IMG/VR virus record: IMGVR_UViG_3300025389_001063
DNA length: 64,000 nucleotides
Strand: one strand, 5' to 3'
Source of the DNA: a virus
Taxonomy: Duplodnaviria > Caudoviricetes
The position numbers and the translations under genes are program-made. Below the pieces are notes generated by a model, which was given only the letters and a program-made list of their open reading frames with translations, was not told the DNA's origin and did not search any database. Shown here piece by piece: positions 10,058-18,846 of this stretch; positions within the stretch are counted from its first letter, which is position 1, and each line of letters begins with the position of its first letter.

Positions 10058-11228
10058 TTTCCACAAGAGCATTTACTAAATCTTCAATCATAGCATCAGT
10101 GTGAAGTGGTGTTGGAGCAAATCTTAATCTTTCAGATCCCACAGGAACAGTAGGATAATTAATGCACTGAGAATATATATCATAATCATTTAATAATCTA
10201 TCACTTATCTCTTTACATTTTTTTGCATCATTAACCATAACTGGAACAATGTGAGTTTCATTTTTTAATAATGTTATTCCTGCGTCTCTTAATTTATTCT
10301 TTAAGGTACTAGCACGTTCTTGATGTTTAATTCGTAATTCATTATGTTCTTTTAAGTATTTAACACTCGCCATTGCTCCAGCACAAAGCACAGGGCTTAT
10401 TGATGTTGTAAAAATGAAACCGTTAGCGAGACTCCTAATGCTGTCAATGACAACATTATCAGCAGCAATATAACCGCCACCCACTCCATAAGCCTTTCCC
10501 AAAGTTCCGTTAATAATGTCAATGCGTTTCTGAAGACCATACTTTTCACTTTTTCCTCCTCCTGTCTCTCCGTATAAACCAACTGCATGAACTTCGTCGA
10601 GATATGTGATAGCACCGTACTTGTCTGCTAAATCACATATCTCTCTCAAATTACTCACATACCCATCCATGCTATACACTGACTCAAATACTATACAAGG
10701 TGTTCCTTTAATTTCTTTTAATACATCTTCTAAATGGTTCATGTCATTGTGATTATAAATCACCTTCGGTGCTCTACTGTGACGCATACCTTCAATCAAT
10801 GAATTATGATTCTTACTGTCTGATACAAACACAATATCTTTTACAATTTTACTCAGAGCAATTAATGCCCATTCATTTGCTACATAAGCACTACTGAACA
10901 ACAAAGCCCGTTCTTTACTATGTAATCCTGCTAATTCATGTTCTAGGGCAACATGATAATGAGTAGTACCTGCTATGTTTCTTGTGCCACCACTACCTGC
11001 ACCAACAGCATCTAATGCTGTTCGCATAGCATCTAGCACTACTTTATGCTGACCCATTCCAAGATAATCATTAGAACACCAATTCACTATTTTTTTAATA
11101 CAATAGGGACCATACCAAAGAGCATGTGGATAATCTCCACACTCTCTTAATATATCGTTAAAAACTCTATACTTGCCCGCAAACTTTAAATCTGTTATAG
11201 TTTGTTCAAATAGACTTTTGTTAATCAT
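10044..11228 (-). CDS. hemA: 5-aminolevulinate synthase (PLP-dependent, Shemin pathway)
   Basis: [47 protein letters not shown] (PLP Lys). Start placed at 11228 (MINKSLF); the ORF track start at 11258 overlaps the divergent gene. Confidence 0.9.
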   Translation of the reverse strand: MINKSLFEQTITDLKFAGKYRVFNDILRECGDYPHALWYGPYCIKKIVNWCSNDYLGMGQHKVVLDAMRTALDAVGAGSGGTRNIAGTTHYHVALEHELAGLHSKERALLFSSAYVANEWALIALSKIVKDIVFVSDSKNHNSLIEGMRHSRAPKVIYNHNDMNHLEDVLKEIKGTPCIVFESVYSMDGYVSNLREICDLADKYGAITYLDEVHAVGLYGETGGGKSEKYGLQKRIDIINGTLGKAYGVGGGYIAADNVVIDSIRSLANGFIFTTSISPVLCAGAMASVKYLKEHNELRIKHQERASTLKNKLRDAGITLLKNETHIVPVMVNDAKKCKEISDRLLNDYDIYSQCINYPTVPVGSERLRFAPTPLHTDAMIEDLVNALVEIIKP

Positions 11229-11256
11229 TGTATTACTTATTAATAAATATTGTCTC

Positions 11257-11853
11257 ATGAAATCGTTTGTGATATATCTTCCGGGTCATACCCTAACTGA
11301 AGAACACTTGCCCACTTTACAAAAAAGTGCTAAAAAACACAATTGGAATGTTGAACTCTTTGAAGGTATAGATGGTAGAAAAGTTCCTTTTACACATAAG
11401 ATAGATCATAGATATCCCAAAGCAGTTTCTGAATTAGAAAGACCCGGAGTTCGTGGTTGTTTTATGAGTCACTATCTACTTTGGAAGAAATGTTTAGAAT
11501 TAAATGAAACAATTGGCATCTTTGAAAGCGATATTATCTTTTATAAAAGTCCGCCATTACTAACAAAAGAATACGACCTTGTAAAATTAGATGGATTTAA
11601 GAGAGCCAAACCTGCGTCTACAGGTAATTGGCATAAAGGTGCTCATGCTTATATCTTACACCCAAGTGGTGCTAAAAAAATGGTAGATTGGACAGACACC
11701 TGGGGAGCCAGTCCAGCAGACTTTATGTTAGGTAACAAGGTTGTTAATATGAAATATGATTATGATGAACGAGTTAAATTAGCCAATCTAGGTTCTAGTC
11801 TTACTAGGAATTTAGAAGAAGAGATGTTAAACTTACAAAATAAGGAGATATAA
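11257..11853 (+). CDS. family 25 glycosyltransferase
   Basis: [24 protein letters not shown] and IFESD are GT25/Lex2B-type motifs. Start refined to ATG 11257. Confidence 0.8.
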   Translation: MKSFVIYLPGHTLTEEHLPTLQKSAKKHNWNVELFEGIDGRKVPFTHKIDHRYPKAVSELERPGVRGCFMSHYLLWKKCLELNETIGIFESDIIFYKSPPLLTKEYDLVKLDGFKRAKPASTGNWHKGAHAYILHPSGAKKMVDWTDTWGASPADFMLGNKVVNMKYDYDERVKLANLGSSLTRNLEEEMLNLQNKEI

Positions 11854-12111
11854 ATGAGTCGTGTTTATGGCCCAGAAGAAAAGGCAAAATTATTAAGCGT
11901 TATTGATCAAGGTGTTGCTGTACTACAAGAAGTTGACGACCTAAAAGGTGGACTTCGTGATACTATTAAGGCAATTGCTGAAGAATTAGATATTAAACCA
12001 AGTTTACTTTCAAAAGCAGTTAATGTTGCTTATAAGCGTAATTGGGGTGAGGCTCAGTCAGAGATGGAAGAACTAGAAAACATTCTAGTTACAACAGGTC
12101 GAGATCATTGA
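11854..12111 (+). CDS. T4 DsbA/GapR-like small dsDNA-binding protein
   Basis: 85-aa helical protein (LRDTIKAIAEELDIKPSLLSKAVNVAYK) upstream of the polymerase; resemblance judged by eye. Confidence 0.55.
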   Translation: MSRVYGPEEKAKLLSVIDQGVAVLQEVDDLKGGLRDTIKAIAEELDIKPSLLSKAVNVAYKRNWGEAQSEMEELENILVTTGRDH

Positions 12112-12332
12112 CTTCAGGTGAGAAGCCATATCAGTGGTTAGCGTGGATTGGAACTGTTTGTGTTCTAATTTCTTCCTTTATGGCTTCTCGTAATCTTTAT
12201 CCGTGGTATGCCTATGGTTATATATTTTCTAATTTTATTTGGATACTCATAGGCATTCTTTGGAAAGAAAAAACTATTATTACTATCAATACTGGTGTTA
12301 ATATTATATACATTGCTGGTCTTTTTAGATAA
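12108..12332 (+). CDS. small multi-pass membrane protein
   Basis: 74 aa, about three hydrophobic segments, TTG start overlapping the previous stop. Confidence 0.6.
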   Translation: MTSGEKPYQWLAWIGTVCVLISSFMASRNLYPWYAYGYIFSNFIWILIGILWKEKTIITINTGVNIIYIAGLFR

Positions 12333-12392
12333 GAGTCGTTGCCTTAAGCAACATGTAGACGGTATGCGAGCCATAAGTCGCGGGAGTAACTA

Positions 12393-15062
12393 ATGTCATA
12401 TGTGGATGGAATTTTTGATAGAACAAATGATCAAATTAAAATTGTTGAGAGAGTAGACGGCAAGAGACATTATAAAGAATATCCTGCTCGTTATGTCTTT
12501 TATTATCCAGATGCTAAAGGTAAGTACGAAAGCGTATATGGAGAAAAGTTAAGTCGTGTTAGTGCTCGCAATCAGAAGGACTTTCACAAAGAACTTAAAA
12601 TACATTCTGGAAAAAGAATGTACGAAAGCGACATTAATCCGATTTTCAAATGTTTAGAAGAACACTACTTAAACATAGATGCCCCGGAGTTACACATTGC
12701 GTTTTTCGATATTGAGACTGATTTTGATCCTGAGCGAGGCTTTGCTGATCCTAGTGACCCTTTTATGGGTATCACTGCCATTTCGGTACATCTTAAATGG
12801 TTAAACAGATTAGTAACACTTGCTGTTCCTCCTAAAGGATTAACAGTAGAACAAGCACAAGAACAATGTGCTGAATTTGAAGATTGTTTTATATTTGCTC
12901 GTGAAGCAGATATGCTAGAAACATTCCTTGATTTAATAGATGACGCAGATATATTAAGTGGTTGGAATTCGGAAGGTTACGACGTTCCTTATACTGTTAA
13001 TCGAGTAGCAAGAGTCTTAAGCAAAGAAGATACTAGACGTTTCTGCTTGTGGGATCAATTTCCCAAGAAACGAGAATTTGAAAAGTACGGACGTCAAATG
13101 GTTACATATGACTTTGTTGGTCGCGTACATCTTGACAGTCTTGAACTTTATAGAAAATACACTTATGAAGAAAGACATACATATCGACTTGATGCTATCG
13201 GTGAGATGGAAATAGGCGAACGTAAAACTGTTTACGAAGGCACACTTGATCAACTTTATAACAATGACTTTAGAACATTTATTGAATATAACAGGCAAGA
13301 CGTCGCACTACTTAACAAACTTGATGACAAATTAAGATTTATTGATTTGAGTAACGAACTTGCTCATGCTAACACCGTTCTACTTCAAACAACTATGGGT
13401 GCCGTTGCTGTTACTGAACAAGCAATTATAAATGAGGCTCATCGTCGAGGACTAATTGTTCCTAATCGTCCAAAGCGTGATGAAAGCGAAAATACACAAG
13501 CCGCAGGTGCTTATGTCGCTTATCCAAAAAAGGGATTACACGATTGGATCGGCAGTATGGATATTAACTCACTGTATCCAAGTGCTATTAGAGCATTGAA
13601 CATGGCTCCAGAAACAATCATTGGTCAGTTACGTCCGGAACATACAGACGAATACATCGAAACACAAATGAGATTACATAAGAAATCATTTGCTGCGGCA
13701 TGGGAAGGTCGATTCTCTACTTTTGAATATGATTGGGTTATGGATAAAGACAAAGGCAAAGAAATTACTGTTGATTGGGAGAATGGTGAATCAACTGTAA
13801 TGAGTGGAGCAGAGATTTATAAACTAATCTTTGATAGTCATAATCCTTGGATGATTACTTCCAATGGCACAATCTTTACACATGAGTTTGAAGGTGTTAT
13901 TCCTGGACTTCTAAAGCGTTGGTATGCCGAACGTAAAGAACTTCAGGCAAAGGCCAAAGAAGCATTAAAAGCAGATAACAAAGTAGAACATGCTTTTTGG
14001 GATAAGCGTCAGTTAGTTAAAAAGATTAACTTGAACAGTTTGTATGGTGCTATTCTTAATGCTGGTTGTCGTTTCTTCGATAAGCGTATTGGACAATCAA
14101 CTACTCTTGTTGGTAGGCAGGTTGCTAAACATATGGCATCAAAAGTTAATGAGATTGTAGCAGGAGAATATGATCACATTGGTAAGGCTATTATATATGG
14201 TGATACCGACTCTGTTTATTTCTCAGCATACAATGTCTTAAAGAAAGATATTGAGGCTGGAAACATTCCCTGGAGTAAAGATAATGTTATTAGCCTCTAT
14301 GATCAAATATCAGATGAAGTAAATGGAACATTCTCCAACTTCATGCTAAATGCCTTCCACTGTCCAAAGAGTCGCGGTGAAGTTATTAAGGCTGGTCGTG
14401 AAATTGTTGCCAGCAAAGGCTTGTTCATTACTAAAAAGCGTTATGCTGTTCTTTATTATGATTCAGAAGGCAAGAGATATGACGTTGATGATAAACCAGG
14501 CAAGATCAAGGCAATGGGCTTAGACCTTAAGAGATCAGATACCCCAGAGTTCATGCAAGACTTTTTAAGTAAGATCCTTGATCGCGTTCTAAATAATGCC
14601 AAGGAGGAAGAAATTCTTGATATGATTACACAATTTAGAATAGACTTTAAGAGTAGACCTGGATGGGAAAAAGGTTCTCCAAAGAGAGCAAACAATATTA
14701 CCGAATATATGAAGAAAGAACAAAAGGCCGGTAAGGCAAATATGCCGGGACATGTTAGAGCAAGTCTTAATTGGAATACTCTTAAGAAGATGTATAACGA
14801 TAACTATTCCATTACTATCAGTGACGGTTCAAAAGTTATTGTTTGTAAACTAAAACATAACCCAATGGGCTTTACATCTGTTGCGTATCCAGTTGACGAG
14901 CTAAGACTACCACAGTGGTTTAAAGATTTACCATTTGATGATGCTAGTATGGAAGCAGCAATTATCGATGCTAAACTAGACAACCTTATTGGCGTTCTAG
15001 AATGGAATCTTACGAGTACATCTGAATCTACAACGTTCAATAAATTATTTGCTTTTGACTGA
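12393..15062 (+). CDS. family B DNA polymerase (T4 gp43-like)
   Basis: ExoI FFDIETD; region II DINSLYPS; region III KINLNSLYG; region I YGDTDS. 889 aa with no visible intein. Confidence 0.95.
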   Translation: MSYVDGIFDRTNDQIKIVERVDGKRHYKEYPARYVFYYPDAKGKYESVYGEKLSRVSARNQKDFHKELKIHSGKRMYESDINPIFKCLEEHYLNIDAPELHIAFFDIETDFDPERGFADPSDPFMGITAISVHLKWLNRLVTLAVPPKGLTVEQAQEQCAEFEDCFIFAREADMLETFLDLIDDADILSGWNSEGYDVPYTVNRVARVLSKEDTRRFCLWDQFPKKREFEKYGRQMVTYDFVGRVHLDSLELYRKYTYEERHTYRLDAIGEMEIGERKTVYEGTLDQLYNNDFRTFIEYNRQDVALLNKLDDKLRFIDLSNELAHANTVLLQTTMGAVAVTEQAIINEAHRRGLIVPNRPKRDESENTQAAGAYVAYPKKGLHDWIGSMDINSLYPSAIRALNMAPETIIGQLRPEHTDEYIETQMRLHKKSFAAAWEGRFSTFEYDWVMDKDKGKEITVDWENGESTVMSGAEIYKLIFDSHNPWMITSNGTIFTHEFEGVIPGLLKRWYAERKELQAKAKEALKADNKVEHAFWDKRQLVKKINLNSLYGAILNAGCRFFDKRIGQSTTLVGRQVAKHMASKVNEIVAGEYDHIGKAIIYGDTDSVYFSAYNVLKKDIEAGNIPWSKDNVISLYDQISDEVNGTFSNFMLNAFHCPKSRGEVIKAGREIVASKGLFITKKRYAVLYYDSEGKRYDVDDKPGKIKAMGLDLKRSDTPEFMQDFLSKILDRVLNNAKEEEILDMITQFRIDFKSRPGWEKGSPKRANNITEYMKKEQKAGKANMPGHVRASLNWNTLKKMYNDNYSITISDGSKVIVCKLKHNPMGFTSVAYPVDELRLPQWFKDLPFDDASMEAAIIDAKLDNLIGVLEWNLTSTSESTTFNKLFAFD

Positions 15063-15077
15063 GAACCTAAGTATAAT
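15049..15077 (+). promoter_or_regulatory. sigma70-type promoter
   Basis: TTGCTT (15049-54), 17 nt, TATAAT (15072-77), upstream of the clamp/dpdA operon. Confidence 0.55.
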
Positions 15078-15097
15078 ATGAACATATGGAGAATGAA

Positions 15098-15829
15098 ATG
15101 TTAGACTTTTTAAGAGATTTAGTTCAACACACCCACTCACTAGGTGTTATTGACCTTGTAAAGATTACAGGCACAAAAGATTCAACTGCTATTGACGCAA
15201 TGGCAGAGAATAGAACAGTTATTGTTCAGGCAGAAACAAAGAATCCAGTTAAGGAAGTAAGTGGTACATTTGGTATGCCTAACCTTAACAAGTTAGACTT
15301 ACACTTAAAGAATCCAGAGTATAAAGAAGGTGCTCATATTGAAGTTGTTTGGGATAAGCGTAACGGAGAAGATACACCAGTTGAAATACTTTTTGAAAAT
15401 GCTGCTGGCGACTTTAAGAATGAATATAAGTTAATGGGTCAAGCACTTATCAATGAGAAACTAAAGACTGTTAAGTTCAAGGGTGCTACTTGGCAAGTTG
15501 AGTTTGAACCAAGCGTTACAAGTATTGCTCGTATGAAATTACAGGCTGCGGCACATACAGAGGAATCAGTATTCCTTGTTAAGACAGACAACAATGATCT
15601 TAAAGTGTTCTTTGGTGATGCTAGTACACACGAAGGTAGTTTTGTATTCCAACCAGGTATTACAGGTAAACTAAAACAGAATTGGTCTTATCCAATTGCT
15701 CAATTTATTAGCATACTTGGCCTAGGTGGCGACAAGACTATTAAGTTCAGTGACGACGGTGTTGCTCTTATTACTGTTGACAGTGGACTTGCTGTTTACA
15801 ACTATTACATTCCGGCACAAACAAAATGA
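15098..15829 (+). CDS. sliding clamp-like protein (gp45-like)
   Basis: About 243 aa, acidic, beta-rich, directly after the polymerase. GGAGA RBS favours ATG 15098 over 15086. Confidence 0.6.
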   Translation: MLDFLRDLVQHTHSLGVIDLVKITGTKDSTAIDAMAENRTVIVQAETKNPVKEVSGTFGMPNLNKLDLHLKNPEYKEGAHIEVVWDKRNGEDTPVEILFENAAGDFKNEYKLMGQALINEKLKTVKFKGATWQVEFEPSVTSIARMKLQAAAHTEESVFLVKTDNNDLKVFFGDASTHEGSFVFQPGITGKLKQNWSYPIAQFISILGLGGDKTIKFSDDGVALITVDSGLAVYNYYIPAQTK

Positions 15830-15933
15830 CCGAATTCGAGTTGCTTTATATCGGAACACCTATTGTATTAATAGTACTAGCAGGTATTATTATTTTAATA
15901 TGCTATCTGCTAGAGAAAAAAGGACTTTTATGA
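15826..15933 (+). CDS. 35-aa single-transmembrane miniprotein
   Basis: MTEFELLYIGTPIVLIVLAGIIILICYLLEKKGLL*; ATGA overlaps with both neighbours. Found manually. Confidence 0.6.
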   Translation: MTEFELLYIGTPIVLIVLAGIIILICYLLEKKGLL

Positions 15934-17471
15934 ACGAGAATTTAACGGCAACACAGAATGACTATGCGGTTTTCCTACCTGCCGTTAGTACTTTCTATTC
16001 AACATTTATAGGGAAACAACGATTTAGCAACTATGTAGATCCTACTCGAATACCAGCAGGATTTACTAACGGTGTCGAAGGATTAAACTTCTTTGATCCA
16101 GAAAAAGGTTACTTCTATTACAAGTGGGGATTGTATTCAGCAGGTCATGCTGAATTAGATCTCAATAAGATTAGCGAAAAGGAAGATATGTTTCGCAAAC
16201 GACCACGCAACGGTGATAGCATTGTTGTTGGTGATAGTGGAGGCTTCCAGATCGGTAAAGGCGTTTGGGAAGGTGATTGGAAAGATCCTAATTGTCCTAA
16301 GGCCAAGAAGAAAAGAGAACAAGTCCTTGCTTGGATGGATGCTCTTATGGACTATGGAATGATTCTCGATATTCCGGCATGGGTTGCTCGTAGTCCGGCA
16401 GGTGCTAAAGCAACTGGTATTAGTTCTTATCAAGAAGCAGTTAATGCTACATTCATTAACAATGATTATTTTATTAGAAACAGAAATGGGAGTTGTAAGT
16501 TTTTAAATGTTTTACAAGGTGAAAACCATACCGAGGCCGACGATTGGTACGATCGTCAAAAAAAGTATAGCGATCCTAAAGTATATCCAAATGAACATTT
16601 CAACGGGTGGTCTATGGGTGGTCAAAATATGTGCGATGTTCATCTTGTTTTACGTCGTCTTGTGGCTCTTCGTTATGATGGGCTAATTGAAAAAGGTAAA
16701 CAAGATTGGATGCATTTTCTTGGTACAAGTAAACTAGAGTGGGCATGTTTATTAACTGATATACAACGAGCAGTTCGTAAATATCACAACGAGAACTTTA
16801 CTGTTTCTTTTGATTGTGCTAGTCCTTTTCTTGCTACTGCTAATGGACAAGTTTATATTCAGACAGAAACTCCACATCATAAGAAGTGGACATATCGAAT
16901 GGTTCCTTCTATAGATGATAAAAAATATGCTACAGATACAAGAACATTCCGTGATGCTGTTTTACAAGATGGTATTTTTAAGAACTTTACCGACTCTCCA
17001 ATTAGTTCACGTTCTTTAGTCAAAGATGTTTGTATCTATAAGCCAGGCGATCTAAATAAGAATGGTAAGGAAGGTAGAACTTCTTGGGATAGTTTTTCAT
17101 ATGCCATTCAAATGGGACATAATGTATGGATGCATATTAATTCGGTTCAAGAAGCAAATAGACAATATGATAATAAAGTGATTCCAAACATGTTATTTAT
17201 GGACGGATTTGATAGGCTTTATTTCAAAGATGTAGTGGATAGAATCTTTGAGACTGATGATCGCGACAAAGCATTAGAACTCGTCGACGATTATAACAAG
17301 TTCTGGATTAGCATTATCGGAACAAGAGGTGCTACTGGAAAAAAGACCGTCAATTCTTCAACATTCTTTAATAAACATTTCGACGTTGAAGAAACGCCGG
17401 TCGAACATCATCTAGATGACAGCGGTCTAGATGAAAGTAATCTTGAAAAGTTAGAGGAGTCTGTAGAATGA
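15930..17471 (+). CDS. dpdA: TGT-fold 7-deazaguanine DNA transglycosylase (DpdA/DpdA2-like)
   Basis: GDSGGFQIG, MILDIP, WMHFLGT and FDCAS match TGT-family catalytic and substrate motifs; clustered with folE and queE. Start refined to ATG 15930. Confidence 0.75.
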   Translation: MNENLTATQNDYAVFLPAVSTFYSTFIGKQRFSNYVDPTRIPAGFTNGVEGLNFFDPEKGYFYYKWGLYSAGHAELDLNKISEKEDMFRKRPRNGDSIVVGDSGGFQIGKGVWEGDWKDPNCPKAKKKREQVLAWMDALMDYGMILDIPAWVARSPAGAKATGISSYQEAVNATFINNDYFIRNRNGSCKFLNVLQGENHTEADDWYDRQKKYSDPKVYPNEHFNGWSMGGQNMCDVHLVLRRLVALRYDGLIEKGKQDWMHFLGTSKLEWACLLTDIQRAVRKYHNENFTVSFDCASPFLATANGQVYIQTETPHHKKWTYRMVPSIDDKKYATDTRTFRDAVLQDGIFKNFTDSPISSRSLVKDVCIYKPGDLNKNGKEGRTSWDSFSYAIQMGHNVWMHINSVQEANRQYDNKVIPNMLFMDGFDRLYFKDVVDRIFETDDRDKALELVDDYNKFWISIIGTRGATGKKTVNSSTFFNKHFDVEETPVEHHLDDSGLDESNLEKLEESVE

Positions 17472-17671
17472 CTGATGACAAACTAAATTCACATTACAGA
17501 GTAGTAAAAGCAAGACATGACGAACTTGACAAAAAGATCGAGGAAGCATATAATCACTATGTTAGTGATGACGAACTTCATAAGATGAAAGTTGAGAAAC
17601 TACATCTTAAAGAAGAAATGGCTAAAATTGAAGCAATTAAAAGTGGTTTTCACGGATATCAAGCAACCTAA
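17468..17671 (+). CDS. small coiled-coil protein (DUF465/YdcH-like)
   Basis: 67 aa with pattern H..LD..I.......D..L..MK..KL.LK.EM. Confidence 0.55.
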   Translation: MTDDKLNSHYRVVKARHDELDKKIEEAYNHYVSDDELHKMKVEKLHLKEEMAKIEAIKSGFHGYQAT

Positions 17672-17680
17672 GGAAATAAA

Positions 17681-18274
17681 ATGAAGAGAGACTACGACAA
17701 TGGTGTTAAAGATGATGTCAAATTCTTTGTTGGCACGGAAATAGAGCATACTCCTGCTTACGAAAAGAAAACACTCTTTGTCGTAGGCTTACAGAATCCA
17801 GATAAGGTTGCTAAACTTGCTCAAGCAATGGATATAGATCATATCTATCTCGGTGCTAATCATAGTTTTAATAATACTAATCTTATGTACTGGGAGGCAG
17901 TTATTTTAGAATTACTTAAAAGAGACTTTTGGGTAACTTTAGATTTTGATTACAAATATTATGAAGATATTATGGATAGTCTTGCTTATTGGAATGAACA
18001 TGATAGATTTATTTCACAAATTAGTATAAAATTACCTTATACATCACTACTTAATTACAATACCTGTATTAAGATTGACGACAAAGACTTTAGAGCAACT
18101 AATCCGGGTGTATGGGTACATCATTTACACGACTTACAGGATCGTAAAAAGTTTACAGATTGGTCACAATATGGCAAAGACACTCCAATAGTTGTAGATG
18201 AACCTAACGAAACTGCTACAACTGTTATAGAAGATGAAATTTTAATTGTGGAGACAGTATACAATGGCGCCTGA
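17681..18274 (+). CDS. hypothetical protein in the deazaguanine cluster
   Basis: 197-aa ORF with AAGGA RBS. Confidence 0.65.
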   Translation: MKRDYDNGVKDDVKFFVGTEIEHTPAYEKKTLFVVGLQNPDKVAKLAQAMDIDHIYLGANHSFNNTNLMYWEAVILELLKRDFWVTLDFDYKYYEDIMDSLAYWNEHDRFISQISIKLPYTSLLNYNTCIKIDDKDFRATNPGVWVHHLHDLQDRKKFTDWSQYGKDTPIVVDEPNETATTVIEDEILIVETVYNGA

Positions 18275-18626
18275 TAGTGGAATGATATGGGTTACTTTTC
18301 GTAAGGAAGGTATTCACAAATATCCAGCAGCATTAGATGATCCTAATCTTGCTGATGTTAGTTTTCTCGGTTATCCACATAGACATATGTTCCATTTCAA
18401 AGTTTGGATTGAAGTATTTCATGAAGACCGAGAAATTGAATTTATTCAATTTAAGCGTTGGCTAGAAAGTTTGTATAGCGGAACACTCGAATTAAGTTAC
18501 AAAAGTTGCGAAATGATTGCACAAGATTTATATCTTCAAATTAAACAAAAATATCCAGGGCGTGAGACTTGGATTGAAGTTAGTGAGGATGGAGAAAATG
18601 GCTGTTTCAAACAATGGAAAAACTAA
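18264..18626 (+). CDS. QueD-like T-fold protein with LxxxHRHxF motif (candidate DpdL CDG decarboxylase)
   Basis: LGYPHRHMFHF at 18366-18392 in place of canonical CxxxHGH; C-terminal SCEMIA. Start refined to 18264. Confidence 0.65.
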   Translation: MAPDSGMIWVTFRKEGIHKYPAALDDPNLADVSFLGYPHRHMFHFKVWIEVFHEDREIEFIQFKRWLESLYSGTLELSYKSCEMIAQDLYLQIKQKYPGRETWIEVSEDGENGCFKQWKN

Positions 18627-18639
18627 GGAGAACAATATA

Positions 18640-18846
18640 ATGGCGTTTAGTAGATATCCTGATATTAATAAAATCTTTGATGAATTAGATGCTTATCTAG
18701 CATTTTGTAAAGAGTTTGGTTACGTGTATAATGAGAAGGACTTATATAATTTCAAGACACCATATGGTCAATTTGATCGTTGGAAGCGAGGCCAAAGAAT
18801 AACAAACAATTGGAGAGAAGATAGATTCAATGTTGTATCTAGTTGA
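18640..18846 (+). CDS. hypothetical protein
   Basis: 68 aa (MAFSRYPDINKIF...) after an AAGGAG RBS. Start refined from 18517. Confidence 0.65.
   Translation: MAFSRYPDINKIFDELDAYLAFCKEFGYVYNEKDLYNFKTPYGQFDRWKRGQRITNNWREDRFNVVSS

Noticed and set aside
12393-15062. Intein or intron in the polymerase (also checked for thyX)
   Set aside because: Motifs are contiguous at normal spacing and no homing endonuclease ORF is present.
15930-17471. Ordinary queuine tRNA-ribosyltransferase (tgt)
   Set aside because: It is longer than bacterial Tgt, lacks an evident CxCxxC zinc motif and sits in a replication operon. A DNA-acting DpdA is more likely, though not proven.
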